Assembly (NCBI GenBank): GCA_963708075.1
Contig: OY970194.1
Location: 5,504,001-5,568,000 of the forward strand
Reading direction: 5' to 3'
DNA: 64,000 nucleotides
Source: Sedimentisphaerales bacterium
Lineage (GTDB): Bacteria; Planctomycetota; Phycisphaerae; Sedimentisphaerales; Anaerobacaceae
The notes under the pieces are model-generated. The model searched no databases. It saw only the letters and a list, made by a program, of their open reading frames with translations, and had not been told where the DNA came from. Below are positions 37,234-48,185 of this stretch, in pieces; position 1 is the stretch's first letter, and each line of letters opens with the position of its first letter. The position numbers and the translations under genes are program-made.

Positions 37234-37327
37234 TTGTCATTCTGAGTGCAGCGAAGGATCTGGGCCGCGAGCGAGAGAGACCTCCTTTTCGGTGGCCAGA
37301 TCCTTCGGCTTCGCCTCAGGATGACAA
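37234..37327. repeat. REP-like inverted repeat, GTCATTCTGAG family
   Basis: TTGTCATTCTGAGTGCAGCGAAGGATCTGG ... CCAGATCCTTCGGCTTCGCCTCAGGATGACAA. Confidence 0.75.
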
Positions 37328-37435
37328 CATCGGTAGTGCGCCACAACTTTTCCGAATCCGTACGGAATTATACCTTTGGCAAAGCACGTCCCGAATAAGT
37401 GAAGGTTGCTGTGTCTGTGGGCCGATAATACTCCA

Positions 37436-38305
37436 ATGCCCAGACACGACCTGCTACGCAAATACGACAGGCTGAAAAGACAGTGCAAGACCGCATTGTA
37501 CAGGCAGGAGAACACCCTACTCCTGGATGAGATATATGCTGAGTGTTTGCATATTCTCGGCGATGCATCAAGGATCGCCCTAACCTCAAAGGTCGAAGAC
37601 AAGGAGTATTTCGCCTTCCGCAGCAAGGGAAGAATGTCGCGAGCAATTAATCAAAGCCTTTTCTATGAGTGCCAGCGGGATTGGGAAAGACTCAACGCTG
37701 CTATGGCACGTGGCACGCTTGGCACATTCACTGCGGAGCAGATTACCAAAGTCCTGTACAGCATGGCCGTTTCCTTTTGTGCCTGTGTTGACCTCCTAAA
37801 GAGCGGAGACCAGAAGACACCAGGAACGTTCTTTGAGTATTTCGTTGCGTACTTTTTTACGTGGCGGGTGGGGGTGGAGCCATGCAACTCGATTCAGATT
37901 CTCAATGTAGACAATGAGGACACAAGGCTGCGAACGGACTTCGTGTTTAACCTCGGCCCGCGCAAGCGCAAGTTCCACATGCCCATCAAGACCTCTAGCC
38001 GGGAACGCTCTATTATGTTATGGGCTCACCAACGCTTGTTAGACGGCGTTTATGGTGTCGAGCGATTCATGGGAACGCCGGTACTTCTTGCGGAAACCAA
38101 AACTGACAAGGCCAAGAGGGAGGTAGTCGAGATATGCTTGCCAGATCAATGGCGTGTGTACCAACTCTACATCGCGAAACTCAAACGAATCTACTACTTC
38201 GATGTACCGACTGCCTATGCCAAACTGAATGATGAGTCGCCCCCAATACGCGTCCGGCCGTTTGGGGACTTCTTCTTTGAATGGTCAGAGCTTTCGCCCT
38301 CGTAA
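37436..38305 (+). CDS. putative type II restriction endonuclease (PD-(D/E)XK fold)
   Basis: PGTFFE, RTDFV and KTSSRER resemble the EcoRII/Ecl18kI-like KTxxRER motif. Lower GC. Convergent with a DNA methyltransferase. Confidence 0.6.
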   Translation: MPRHDLLRKYDRLKRQCKTALYRQENTLLLDEIYAECLHILGDASRIALTSKVEDKEYFAFRSKGRMSRAINQSLFYECQRDWERLNAAMARGTLGTFTAEQITKVLYSMAVSFCACVDLLKSGDQKTPGTFFEYFVAYFFTWRVGVEPCNSIQILNVDNEDTRLRTDFVFNLGPRKRKFHMPIKTSSRERSIMLWAHQRLLDGVYGVERFMGTPVLLAETKTDKAKREVVEICLPDQWRVYQLYIAKLKRIYYFDVPTAYAKLNDESPPIRVRPFGDFFFEWSELSPS

Positions 38306-39142
38306 ACCAGCCTGCACACCGTTGCTGCCAGCCTTGCGGTAGACCATGAAGTAGGAGTGGTTCTTCCGTGCATGATACTGTCGCGTCATAAGGCGCGAAA
38401 CGCCGGGCTTGTTTTCGCGGACAACGACAAATAGATCCTCAACGACGAACCCGTACCTCCCATACTCGTTTGTGATCTCTATGTGCGTGAGCCGCTGCCT
38501 GTTGGCGCACACCTCATCCTGGCACTTCACGATGAAGATTCCGCCCTTACGCAAAACACGCCAAGCCTCCCGTCCAGACCGGAAATAAAGATCAAGCACC
38601 GCCTCGTGGTACTTGGGCGGGATTCCGTTGTTATCCTCCCGTACCTGCTGAGTGACTTCCGGGTCCTCTTCGGCATTATTGGCGTAGTATGCTTCGTAGT
38701 TCTGGTGGCCGTTGTGAGCTGTACCTCCGGGCGTGTGCATGTATGGAGGGTCAAACACAACCACATCAAAACTCTCGTTCTCGTAGGGCAAACGCCGACT
38801 ATCAATCCCGCCGCGACACCGCTTGGGCAGGTCGCCCACCTTTAGGTCGCTCGCCGAGAGGCGATAGTGCGAGGTGTTCACCTGTCGCCAGAAAACTCCT
38901 TTGCCGTAGGTGATATCTGCCACCTGTGAGCCATCTGGAACATAGAGTTCCAGTATCATGGGGAATACCACGTCGTTTGACGCTTGATAGGCGGAATGCA
39001 CAAGATCGTTCGTTGCGTTCCCCCCATTGACTCTCACCGTCTTCTTGGGTTTTTTCCTCGGCAATTGGATTCCCTTACGAAAAGTGCGTGATGTAGGACC
39101 GCGCGATATTTTGTGTGCCATTGTCATGCTCTCCGGCGTCAT
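38285..39142 (-). CDS. amino (N6-adenine or N4-cytosine) DNA methyltransferase
   Basis: SAM-binding-like DITYGKG, catalytic [25 protein letters not shown]. Confidence 0.85.
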   Translation of the reverse strand: MTPESMTMAHKISRGPTSRTFRKGIQLPRKKPKKTVRVNGGNATNDLVHSAYQASNDVVFPMILELYVPDGSQVADITYGKGVFWRQVNTSHYRLSASDLKVGDLPKRCRGGIDSRRLPYENESFDVVVFDPPYMHTPGGTAHNGHQNYEAYYANNAEEDPEVTQQVREDNNGIPPKYHEAVLDLYFRSGREAWRVLRKGGIFIVKCQDEVCANRQRLTHIEITNEYGRYGFVVEDLFVVVRENKPGVSRLMTRQYHARKNHSYFMVYRKAGSNGVQAGLRGRKL

Positions 39143-39333
39143 CCTTTCCCCTCCCCTGATTTATGCTCCTTGATCTTCCTGGCCTCACGCAACAGCACCG
39201 ACCTTGCCCACGACGAGGCGTCCAAACCTAATGAATGTGCTGCCTCAGTAAACGCCTTATGTTCATCCTCCAGCAGCCGAAGCTGGAACAGCTTTGTGCG
39301 CCTATCCCGGTCGGATTTCTTGGGTCGTACCAT
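39139..39333 (-). CDS. small ribbon-helix-helix-like DNA-binding protein
   Basis: Strand FQLRL followed by helices [12 protein letters not shown] and [17 protein letters not shown]-coupled to the methyltransferase. Confidence 0.7.
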   Translation of the reverse strand: MVRPKKSDRDRRTKLFQLRLLEDEHKAFTEAAHSLGLDASSWARSVLLREARKIKEHKSGEGKG

Positions 39334-39339
39334 GCCTGA

Positions 39340-39367
39340 ATTGTAACAGCCAGAACGGGGTAGTCAA
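39340..39367 (-). promoter_or_regulatory. sigma70 promoter predicting a leaderless RHH-methyltransferase transcript
   Basis: Minus strand reads TTGACT, 16-nt spacer, TACAAT, 6 nt, ATG. Confidence 0.65.
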
Positions 39368-39487
39368 AGAATTTGTTGTGATTTTTATAAAATTACACTT
39401 GACTGTCATGTTTGTGTGGGGGTCAGGAAGGGTCAGGCTTTGGATTTAGGCATTGCCAAAAGCATCGATGGGCGGCAGTCTCTTGTC

Positions 39488-39649
39488 ATGCCTCGCAGAT
39501 CGAGAATTGAGTATGGCGGAGCGTTGTACCAGGTGCACAATCGCGGCAACTACCGCCAGGACCTGTTCACGGTCGCGGATGCCGGGTCGTGGAATCTCCG
39601 TTGGGAGGGCGGCTTCCTGCTCCGACCCTATCGGCCTGCAGCGACATAA
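39488..39649 (+). pseudogene. N-terminal fragment of a Y1 (IS200/RAYT-like) transposase
   Basis: MPRRSRIEYGGALYQVHNRGNYRQDLF matches the typical N-terminus. No HUH motif follows. Confidence 0.7.
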
Positions 39650-39792
39650 TCGCGACCTATCCCGACTTCGTGGGTTCGGGCTAAAATATGAGGCCTGAGC
39701 CGGAAGGAGAATTCGGCCCAGGCCTCGTGTAGCTACATGCACTCTCTGATCATCACAGCGTGGTGGACCATCGCGGATGACCAGCGACTGAT

Positions 39793-42700
39793 TTACCACT
39801 CACCGGCCAGATAGCGGACCTCGCCGGAGGACAACGCCTTGTCGTAGATGCGGAACTCCTGAACGGCCCCGATCCACTCGGGATCACCGGTGTAACCGCC
39901 CTTGGCCAGGTAGGCGAAATTCGGGCTGATGCCGCTGATCTTGTTGGCCGCCGACAGCGGAGTCGTTGCGATCAGAGCGCCATCGATGTACAAGGTGATG
40001 TTCGTGGCGTTGATCGTGCTGACCATCAGGTGCGGCAGGCCATCATCGTACTCCTTTCCATTGGCGCCGCTCTCTGCGGACCAGGGGGCGGACGTGTTGC
40101 CGATGGAGATGCCGGTACGGCTGACGTTATCGCCACGGGCCGAGCACAGGAAGTAACCGTTCGAGCCAAAACCGCCGACGGAGTCGCCGAAGTAGGCCAG
40201 CATGGTGTAGCCCGTGTTGGCGCCGGCCTTCGGGGTGAACCAGGCGGCGATACTCACCTCTTTGTACGTGTTCATGGCGATTGTCCCGCCGGGCATTTCC
40301 ATCCATTGGTTCTGAACTGCAGTGACCATGGCGCCCTCGACAACCGCGGCGCCGCCGACCAGCGTGCCGTGGGCCTGGCCCACGCTGTCATTAGCCGTGC
40401 CGTCCTCAAAGGCATACTGGTGCTTCAGATTCTTTGTGCCCGGATCCTTGGGCATCGTGTTGGACAGGTACAGGACCTCGGCAGAGGACAACGCCTTGTC
40501 ATAGATGCGGAACTCATGAATGGAGCCGATCCACTCCGGATCGTTGCTGTAACCGCCCTTGCCCAGGCAGGCCATCGTCTGGCTGATGCCACTGAGCTTG
40601 TTGGTCGCGGACAACTTGGTCGTCGAGATGAAAGCGCCGTCGATGTACAGCGTGATGTTCGTGGCATCGATCGTGCTGACCATGAAGTGCAGCTTGCCGT
40701 CGTCGTACTCCTTGCCGTTGGCGCCGCTCTCGGCGCTCCAGGGGGCGGAGGTATTGCCGACGGAGATGCCGGTACGGCTGATATTATCGCCGCGGGCGGT
40801 GGTCACGAAGTAGCCGTTGGCGCCCAGGCCGTTGACCGAGTCACCGAAGTAGCTCAGCATCGCGTAGCCGGTGTTGGCGCCGGCCTTCGGGGTGTACCAG
40901 GCGGCAACCGTCACCTCCTGGTAGGTGTTCATGGCGATTGTCTCGCCGGGCATTTCCATCCACTGATCCTGGGCCGCAGTGACCAGGGCGCCATCGACAA
41001 CCGCAGCGCCGCCGATCAGCTTGCCGTGGGCCTGGCCCACGCTGTCGTTGGCCGTGCCGTCCTCAAACGTGTACTGGTGCTTCAGATTGCCCGTGCCGGG
41101 ATCTTTGGGGAGTATCACGGTGGCGAAGCTCAGGACGCTGCTTTCCCAGGCGGGTGTGGCATCGGCCTCGTTGACTTCGACCACCTTCCAGAAGTAGGTC
41201 TTGTCCGGATCGACCGTCGCCGAGTAGCCGGGCTCAGTCACCGTGGCCACGAGGGGCAGGTTGTCCTTGTCGGTTCCCAGATAGACCTGGTGCGTCACGG
41301 CGTTGCGGCCGGGACGCCAGCTCAAGGCCACCGGGCTCTCCAGATTGAGCGTTCCGGAAACCGGGCTCGAGTTGGTCGCCTTGGCCGGGATGTACAGGAA
41401 GCGCACCTCACTCAGGCCAAACTGCGGGAATACCTCGCCCCAGTTGCTGTTGATCGTCAGCTTGACGAATTTGACGGGGGCGTCCTTGAAATCCACGAAC
41501 GTATTCGCGGCGTAGTTGTCCTCGCCGGGAGCCTGGGCGAATTCCACGTTGCCCAAGCTGGTCCACGTGGCGCCGTCCACAGAGTACTCTACCGTGACAT
41601 CCATGGCGCCGTAACCGACGACGGACTCCATCGCCGAGTTGGCGTTCCAGACCAGCATCTCGTTCAGGCAGTAGGTCTGGTCAAATTCATACTGAATCCA
41701 GGCGGGCTTTGGCCCGTCCTTGGCGCTGAGCCACATGTCCGTGTCCAGGGACGAGTGTCCATCGGTGGCGTTGAGGCCGGAGCCATCGACGGTCTTCTCG
41801 GGTCCCGTCTTGTCTGAATGCGAGCTGGACGCGGTGGCTTTGATGGCCGCTTTGCCGAGCGTGTAGGCGAAGGGCTCGACCGTGAACGTCCAGACGTTGC
41901 CCTTGTAGATCACGAAGTCGGGAGCGGGCCCCACTTCATCGACGCGCCAATAGTAGGTTGTGCCGAACTCCATACGGCCGGGGTCAAACGAGGTTCCTGA
42001 CTGGCCCTTGCTCGCCGCCACGCCCTTGGGGTTGGCGCTGTCGGCCGTCAGGACGTCGTCGAGGACCGTCCCAAAGTAAACATCGTGCGTCTCGGCGACC
42101 GGTCCGGCGGTCCAGCTCAGCTTCTGGTTCGGCAGCACGAGAGTCGCCTTGTCGGCCACGACGGGCGTGTTGGCCACGCCGTAACCCAATCCGCCCTGCA
42201 TGACATTCTTGATATCGTCCTGTGTCAGTGAACGGTCATAGATTCGAAGCTCATCCAGAGCGCCCATAAAGAGGGCATCCGGCCACTGGGACTTGCCCAG
42301 CCAGTTCTGGGTGGTGTTGCCCATGTCCTTTGGCAGCAACTCGGTGGCGCCACTGGCGACCACTTCGCCATCAACGTACAACTTCATGGTCATGGTTGCA
42401 CTGTCGAGGGAGGCCGCCACGTTGTGCCAGCCGGAGGCCAGTGTCGCGGGGGAGTTCAGGATCTGCTCGCCCACCGTGGCGGTGCGGATGGCGAACCGCA
42501 TCGGGCCGTTGGTTCCGCTGCGCGGGCACAGGAACATATAGGGGGAATTGCCGGAGCCCGAACCGAAGTCGAAGATTCGCTGCCAGGCTCCGCCGGCATT
42601 GGAGAAGTTGACCCAGATCGTGAACGTTGAATCGCTCAATGTGCTGATGAGCGGGCCGATGGGCAGGGTCACGAAGTCATCGGTGCCGTCGAACTGCAGA

Positions 42701-42897
42701 CCGCCGCCGATCTGCCCGGCGATCCACGCCGGGTCGCCCGTCAGAACGCCGTTATTGCCTCCCACGGAGTCGGCGGCGGCGGTGCCGGACGTCTCATCCA
42801 GCTTCCACCAGCCGACCGGTCCCGAGCTGGACGCACCGGCCAGCGCCGGACCGATCAACAAAAGGATAGTCGTCAGACAAACCAGTCTCTTACACAT
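39793..42897 (-). CDS. secreted LamG-like jellyroll / discoidin (F5/8) multidomain protein
   Basis: Signal peptide. Motifs WWKLDE, FDGTDD, WQRIFDFG, DELRIY, TYYWRVDEV, GLSEVRF. Two tandem near-identical C-terminal LamG-like domains. Confidence 0.88.
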   Translation of the reverse strand: MCKRLVCLTTILLLIGPALAGASSSGPVGWWKLDETSGTAAADSVGGNNGVLTGDPAWIAGQIGGGLQFDGTDDFVTLPIGPLISTLSDSTFTIWVNFSNAGGAWQRIFDFGSGSGNSPYMFLCPRSGTNGPMRFAIRTATVGEQILNSPATLASGWHNVAASLDSATMTMKLYVDGEVVASGATELLPKDMGNTTQNWLGKSQWPDALFMGALDELRIYDRSLTQDDIKNVMQGGLGYGVANTPVVADKATLVLPNQKLSWTAGPVAETHDVYFGTVLDDVLTADSANPKGVAASKGQSGTSFDPGRMEFGTTYYWRVDEVGPAPDFVIYKGNVWTFTVEPFAYTLGKAAIKATASSSHSDKTGPEKTVDGSGLNATDGHSSLDTDMWLSAKDGPKPAWIQYEFDQTYCLNEMLVWNANSAMESVVGYGAMDVTVEYSVDGATWTSLGNVEFAQAPGEDNYAANTFVDFKDAPVKFVKLTINSNWGEVFPQFGLSEVRFLYIPAKATNSSPVSGTLNLESPVALSWRPGRNAVTHQVYLGTDKDNLPLVATVTEPGYSATVDPDKTYFWKVVEVNEADATPAWESSVLSFATVILPKDPGTGNLKHQYTFEDGTANDSVGQAHGKLIGGAAVVDGALVTAAQDQWMEMPGETIAMNTYQEVTVAAWYTPKAGANTGYAMLSYFGDSVNGLGANGYFVTTARGDNISRTGISVGNTSAPWSAESGANGKEYDDGKLHFMVSTIDATNITLYIDGAFISTTKLSATNKLSGISQTMACLGKGGYSNDPEWIGSIHEFRIYDKALSSAEVLYLSNTMPKDPGTKNLKHQYAFEDGTANDSVGQAHGTLVGGAAVVEGAMVTAVQNQWMEMPGGTIAMNTYKEVSIAAWFTPKAGANTGYTMLAYFGDSVGGFGSNGYFLCSARGDNVSRTGISIGNTSAPWSAESGANGKEYDDGLPHLMVSTINATNITLYIDGALIATTPLSAANKISGISPNFAYLAKGGYTGDPEWIGAVQEFRIYDKALSSGEVRYLAGEW

Positions 42898-42964
42898 AGC
42901 GATTCCTCCAAGTTCGAATTTTGGTACTTCAATTTCCAAAGCAGCGTCGCATCGGCGGCGCGGT

Positions 42965-45900
42965 TTATCGATCTCCCGCGAGGTAACGAACCTCAGAATC
43001 CGACAACGCACGGTTGTAGACGCGGAAGTCATCCAGAACACCGGCGAAGAACGGATCGGCGGTAAACTGCGATCGACCCAGCCAATTCTGGGTTGTGACG
43101 CCCAGATCCTTCGGCAGCGTCTTGGTTGCCGCGCTGGCAACGAACGCACCATCCTGGTACAGTCTCAGGGTCATGCTTGCGGAGTCGATGACGACGGCCA
43201 AGTGGTGCCAACCGGTTCCCAGTGCGACAGGCGCACGCACCAAGGACTCGGCTCCCGCGGCATAGCCGTTGGTGCTGATGGCAAACCTCGCGCTGGTCGT
43301 GGCAATGTCCTCTGCTGTCAGGAACATGTAGATGAGCGGGCCGGTGCCGAAGTCGAAGATTCGCTGCCAGGCAGCGCCGGTGTCGGCATAATTCACCCAG
43401 GTGGCGAAAGTCCCGCTGGTCATGGTGCTCAACAGTGTGCCGATGGGCAGATCCGCGTAATCGTTCGTCCCATCGAGGCTCAGTGCCTTACCATAGCCGG
43501 TCTGTCCGTCGACGAACGCCGGGTCGCCGGAGGCCGTGCCATGGTTGCCTTTGCCTGACGTGTCCTTCACATCGCCTTCCATCGCGTACAGCGCCACCAG
43601 GCCGGTATTGCCCGGATCGGCGGGAGTCACGATCTGCGGAGGCGCTGCGTATAGCAGGATATCATCGATGAAGAGGGTCCCGGTCCCGCCGGAAGAACCG
43701 TCGCCCACGCCGATGGCGAGCGTCTTGATGCTCTTGAGGTTCAGGCCGGCCACGGAAGCCAGATCGATGTTCCACTGCCTCCAGACGGGAAACGCCGTAC
43801 TGGGAGCGCCGCCGTTATAAACCACCTTCGTGCCGTTGATCTTGGCATAGACCGGCGCGGAGGTATTGGTCATATCGCCCCGGAAGAACACCACCAGCGT
43901 CGTGATGCCGTGCTTGCTCCAGTCCTGCGGGGGCGTGAACGTGCATTCGGTTCTCGGAGTACCGGGGAGCCCCAGTGTTGTCATAGTACAGGGGCATCGA
44001 TTGCGTGCCGCCATGGACGAGAACCGGTTTCCATGATGTCGCCGGCCTCAGGATCATAGCCGACCAGCGAGCCGCTGTTGTTGCCTGCACTGCCGTTCGG
44101 GAAGAAGTCATCGGGCGAGAAGCCTGCGCCATCGATCCAGGTCTGGAAGAGCCTCTTGGGGGAGTCATTGGTGTAGCTCTCAAAATCGTCTACCGCGACA
44201 TACGGGGCGGTTGAGAAACTCCACGCATCACTCGACCACGTTGTCGGCTGTGCGCTTTCATTGACCTCGACGACCTGCCAGTAGTAGGTCTTGACCAAGT
44301 CGGCCGAGACTTCATAACTGGGTGTGGAAACGGTGGTCGCAAGGGCCAGGTTGTTGACGTCGGCGCCCAGGTACACCTGGTGCGTGACGGCCTCCCGGCC
44401 GGCCCGCCAGGTCAAATTCACCTGCGGATGGACGTCGTTCGCATCGTCCGCGGGGCTGGGCTCTCTGGCGGATACCGGGACATAGAGGAAGCGGACTTCG
44501 CTAAGACCGAATTGCTTCACCATATCGTACCAGTTGCTGTTGATCGTCAATCTGACGTACTTGGCGGGCACGCCGACGAAATCAACAACGGTATCGGCCG
44601 CGCAAGGGCCCTCTCCGGAGGCCTGAACGAACTCGAAGTCTCCCAGGGCCGTCCAGCTCTGCGCGTCACTGGAGTATTCAACCGTGACGTCCTTGGCTCC
44701 GACGCCGACTGTTCCCTCCATGGCCTGGTTGGAGTTCCAGACGAGCATCTTGTCCAGCTTGTACGTCCTCTCGAAATTGAACTGAATCCAGGCCGGCTCG
44801 GGCCCCTTGTTCTTGCTGAGCCACATGTCGGGCGAATTGGTTGAATGCATGTCGTTGGCATCGAGAACCGGAACCGTTGATCGCCTTCTCAGGTCCCGTT
44901 CCCGTGGCGTGGACGCTGGAGGCCGCGGCGGTGATGCCCGTGATCGCATAGGAATACGGCTCGACCGTGAAGCTCCAGACGTTGCCTTTGAAGATCGTGT
45001 AGTCAGGGGCCGCGTTGACCTCATCGATCCGCCAGTAGTAGGTTTGTCCCAGATCCAGGCGGGCGGGCGGGTCATACGAATTGGCATCCTGCCCCTGGCT
45101 GACGAGCACGCCCAGCGCGTTGGTCCGGCTGGCGTTGCTGACGCTTTCCTGGGACGTGCCGAAATAGACATCGTGCGTTGCCGCTGTGTCACCCGCCCTC
45201 CAATCGAGGTTCGTGCTGCGCAGCACGTCTGTGGCGGCATCCATTGGGATGGGACCGGCGGCTGTGCTGGCGCGGTATCCGTCGGGCCCAAGGTCATGCT
45301 GCTTCTCCCGTTCCGCCGCAGACAGTGCGCCCTGCCAGAAACGGACTTCGTTGAAAATGGCATTGGCGGTGTTGTCGCCCCATTGCGACCGTCCCAGCCA
45401 GCAGTTGGTGTCGTCCAGGGTGGACAGCCGGTTCAACGTCTGGAACGTGCCCTGGGCGGCTCCCAGATCGGCATCGCCGGCCGGCGCGGTGTACCAGGTC
45501 ACCGTGGCTCCGTCAAACACAAAGACGATGTGGTATTCCGTCCCCAGCGTATAGGGGGCGTTGGTGTTGTCCGATGTGTTGTTGCCGGCCGGACCGAGCC
45601 ATTCCACCCGATCCGCGGTGGCAGTGGTTCCCTGCGTCCAACTCATGAATACGTTGTGCGTCGTGCTGCTGCCGAAATCGAAGATGCGGGACCAGTTCTG
45701 CACGGAGACTTGCGTAGCCCAAATCTCGATCGTGGCGGAATCGCCGAGGCCGCTCAGGATCCGATCGGCCAGATCGATGTAGTCGGAGCCGTCCTTGCCG
45801 CCGCCGGCCAGGGTGACAGCGGTGTCGGACAGGGTGGCGTTGTTTGCCCCCTGGTCCACAATCACGGCATCCTGCCCTCCCACGGAATCCGTGAGATCGC

Positions 45901-46000
45901 CGTTGAAGCTCCAACGGTGCGCCAGGTCGGCCGCCCACCCGGTCGCGGCCGTGCCCAACAGCACGAAAGCCGAGATCAGACATATCCATCTCATGCGCAT
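42965..46000 (-). CDS. secreted LamG-like / discoidin multidomain protein; about three apparent frameshifts (~44865, ~44020, ~43950)
   Basis: Signal peptide MRMRWICL. HRWSFNG, WSRIFDFG, YYWRIDEVN, GLSEVRF, DDFESY, DDFRVYNRAL continue across frames. Confidence 0.82.
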
Positions 46001-46214
46001 ATCATCTCTCCTTTTCTGCAAGTTCGTATCACGTCCCTTCGCACAACAAAACTTGTCCTGTCCGACATGTTGCCGGGATCCCTCCGTGTTGCTCTGCAGT
46101 GTCCAGGCTGATTTGTCCCATGGGAATAAAAGGTCGCGTGATCACCTCCTTCCTGCCAGCGAGCGCCCGAGCCAAGAGAACAACAGGTCTGCGCGGAGCT
46201 GCCGCCCGAAAGCT

Positions 46215-46342
46215 GTACGGGCGGGTTTCAAACCCGCCCCTACTGTACCACCTGAAATCATCCAGCCCTGACCTCCAACACCTCGTTGAACCGCGTGATC
46301 CTGCGTCCAACCGTGCTGGGGCGAACACGGATTCGCCCGTAC
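46215..46342. repeat. GTA(C/G)-type REP units
   Basis: GTACGGGCGGGTTTCAAACCCGCCCCTAC and GGGCGAACACGGATTCGCCCGTAC. Confidence 0.65.
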
Positions 46343-46578
46343 GACACCCGTCCCTGCCTTATGAAGAAGCCTTGGCGACCCACTTGCGCCATCATGCATT
46401 ATCGGCCATACCACCTCTCGGGACAATGCAGTCTTGCGTTTTTCTTTCACCATTTTGCGAAGACATTCCCATGCCGCGTGAGCGGGCCCCGCTAATTGTA
46501 GATTGATGTAGTCTTGTTTGTTCGCGGGCGGGTGCGTGACCGTTCTTGCACACGTGTCGCGGGCCGGTGCCATTCTGA

Positions 46579-46784
46579 GGGTGCGTTTACCGCTTTGCGG
46601 GTACCGATGGGGAGCTTGCCCATCGGTACCACAGGAGGTACACTGGCAATGCCGGCTCGGAGGATAGGGCAACGCTGGCGAGCGACCTGAGCGCCGCAGC
46701 CGGTGGTATACGGTGGGGAGGGCCCGGCCTCTTGCCGGGCCTTCCACTCTCCCCATCGGTACCCAGAACGCGATAAACGCACCC
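46579..46784. mobile_element. ~205-bp MITE-like element with 36-bp imperfect terminal inverted repeats
   Basis: GGGTGCGTTTACCGCTTTGCGGGTACCGATGGGGAG ... CTCCCCATCGGTACCCAGAACGCGATAAACGCACCC. Confidence 0.55.
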
Positions 46785-46847
46785 CATCGAAGACGCCACC
46801 ATAGTTGCTGTGCTGAAGCCGCAAAGACTGTCATGCACCCTGCGCGG

Positions 46848-48070
46848 TAGGGCTATCGCATCTAAATTGAGCCTTTGTAGGTGTGGTTTCGTATTCTTCT
46901 CAGAAGCAAGACACTCAGATTAGAGAGGAATACGTTCTTGATGAGCAAGTCGATTTGGGATCATTTTGCCGCGGTTCCTGATCCTCGCGTGGAGCGGACG
47001 AAACGGCATGAATTACAGGATATTCTGGTCATTGGCGTCTGTGCCGTGATCTGCGGGGCTGAGCACTGGACGGACGTAGAGATGTTCGGCAACGTCAACG
47101 AGGAATGGTTTGGCACGTTTCTGGACCTGCCCAATGGCATTCCATCGCATGATACCTTTGGTCGGGTCTTTGCCGCCCTGGACCCGGATGCGTTTGAAGC
47201 GGTCATGCAGGCGTTTGTGGCGGATCTGGCCGGCAGCAGCCGGGGCAAGCACATCGCCATCGACGGCAAGACCCTGCGAAACAGCTTTGATCGGGTCCGT
47301 GCCAAAGGCCCGTTGCACATGGTCAGTGCCTGGGTCCACGAGAACTGCGTGGCTTTCGGCCAACGGGCGGTCGATGCCAAGAGCAATGAGATCACCGCGA
47401 TCCCGGAGTTGCTCAAGCTGCTCGACGTGGAGGAGGCAACCATCACGATTGACGCCATGGGTTGTCAAAAGGAGATCGCCGAGCAGATCGTCGATCAGGG
47501 CGGCGACTATGTGCTGGCCCTCAAGGCTAACCAAGGGACTCTGTACGAGGATGCCCGGATGTACATGGAGGACGGCATCGCCCACGGGTTTGCCGGCGAG
47601 CAGGACTTCTGGGAAACCGTGGAAAAAGGCCATGGACGACTGGAAACCCGCCGGGTGTGGACTACCAGCGATGTGGGATGGCTGCAAGGGCGTCACGACT
47701 GGCCGGGTCTGGGCAGCCTCACGGCCATCGAGCGAGAGCGTCAGGTCAACGGCCAGTGCGAACGAAAGCGACACTACTTCATCAGCTCCCATCCGGGACA
47801 CTGTGCCCAGCGTCTGGGGACATTGATTCGCCATCACTGGTCCGTGGAGGTCCAGTTGCACTGGTCGCTGGACGTGAGTTTCCATGAGGACGCCAGTCGA
47901 GTCCGAGTGGCCAACGCCGCCGAGAACTTCTCGCGATTGCGTCGAATCGCCCTGATGCTGCTCAAGCAGGAGAAGACGGCCAAGGGCGGCATCGCCGCCA
48001 AACGCCTCCGAGCCGGCTGGGACCGAGACTACCTGCTTAAGGTCCTTGGCATTTAGATGCGATAGCCCTG
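46848..48070 (+). mobile_element. complete ISAs1-family insertion sequence
   Basis: 19-bp perfect inverted repeats AGGGCTATCGCATCTAAAT (46849-46867 and 48051-48069). 10-bp direct target duplication CCCTGCGCGG (46838-46847 and 48071-48080). Confidence 0.93.
46941..48056 (+). CDS. ISAs1 family DDE transposase
   Basis: [71 protein letters not shown]. Confidence 0.95.
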   Translation: MSKSIWDHFAAVPDPRVERTKRHELQDILVIGVCAVICGAEHWTDVEMFGNVNEEWFGTFLDLPNGIPSHDTFGRVFAALDPDAFEAVMQAFVADLAGSSRGKHIAIDGKTLRNSFDRVRAKGPLHMVSAWVHENCVAFGQRAVDAKSNEITAIPELLKLLDVEEATITIDAMGCQKEIAEQIVDQGGDYVLALKANQGTLYEDARMYMEDGIAHGFAGEQDFWETVEKGHGRLETRRVWTTSDVGWLQGRHDWPGLGSLTAIERERQVNGQCERKRHYFISSHPGHCAQRLGTLIRHHWSVEVQLHWSLDVSFHEDASRVRVANAAENFSRLRRIALMLLKQEKTAKGGIAAKRLRAGWDRDYLLKVLGI

Positions 48071-48089
48071 CCCTGCGCGGGGTGCGGTC

Positions 48090-48119
48090 TTGACCCGGCA
48101 TGGTGCTTCCTGCTATAAT
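48090..48119 (+). promoter_or_regulatory. sigma70 promoter with extended -10 for the CotH gene
   Basis: TTGACC, 18-nt spacer, TGcTATAAT. Confidence 0.6.
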
Positions 48120-48185
48120 GGACAAGTGCGGGAACACATTTGGAGTTTGCTCCTGCAGTTCTTTTGCCGCCCAGGAGGTGTGAGT

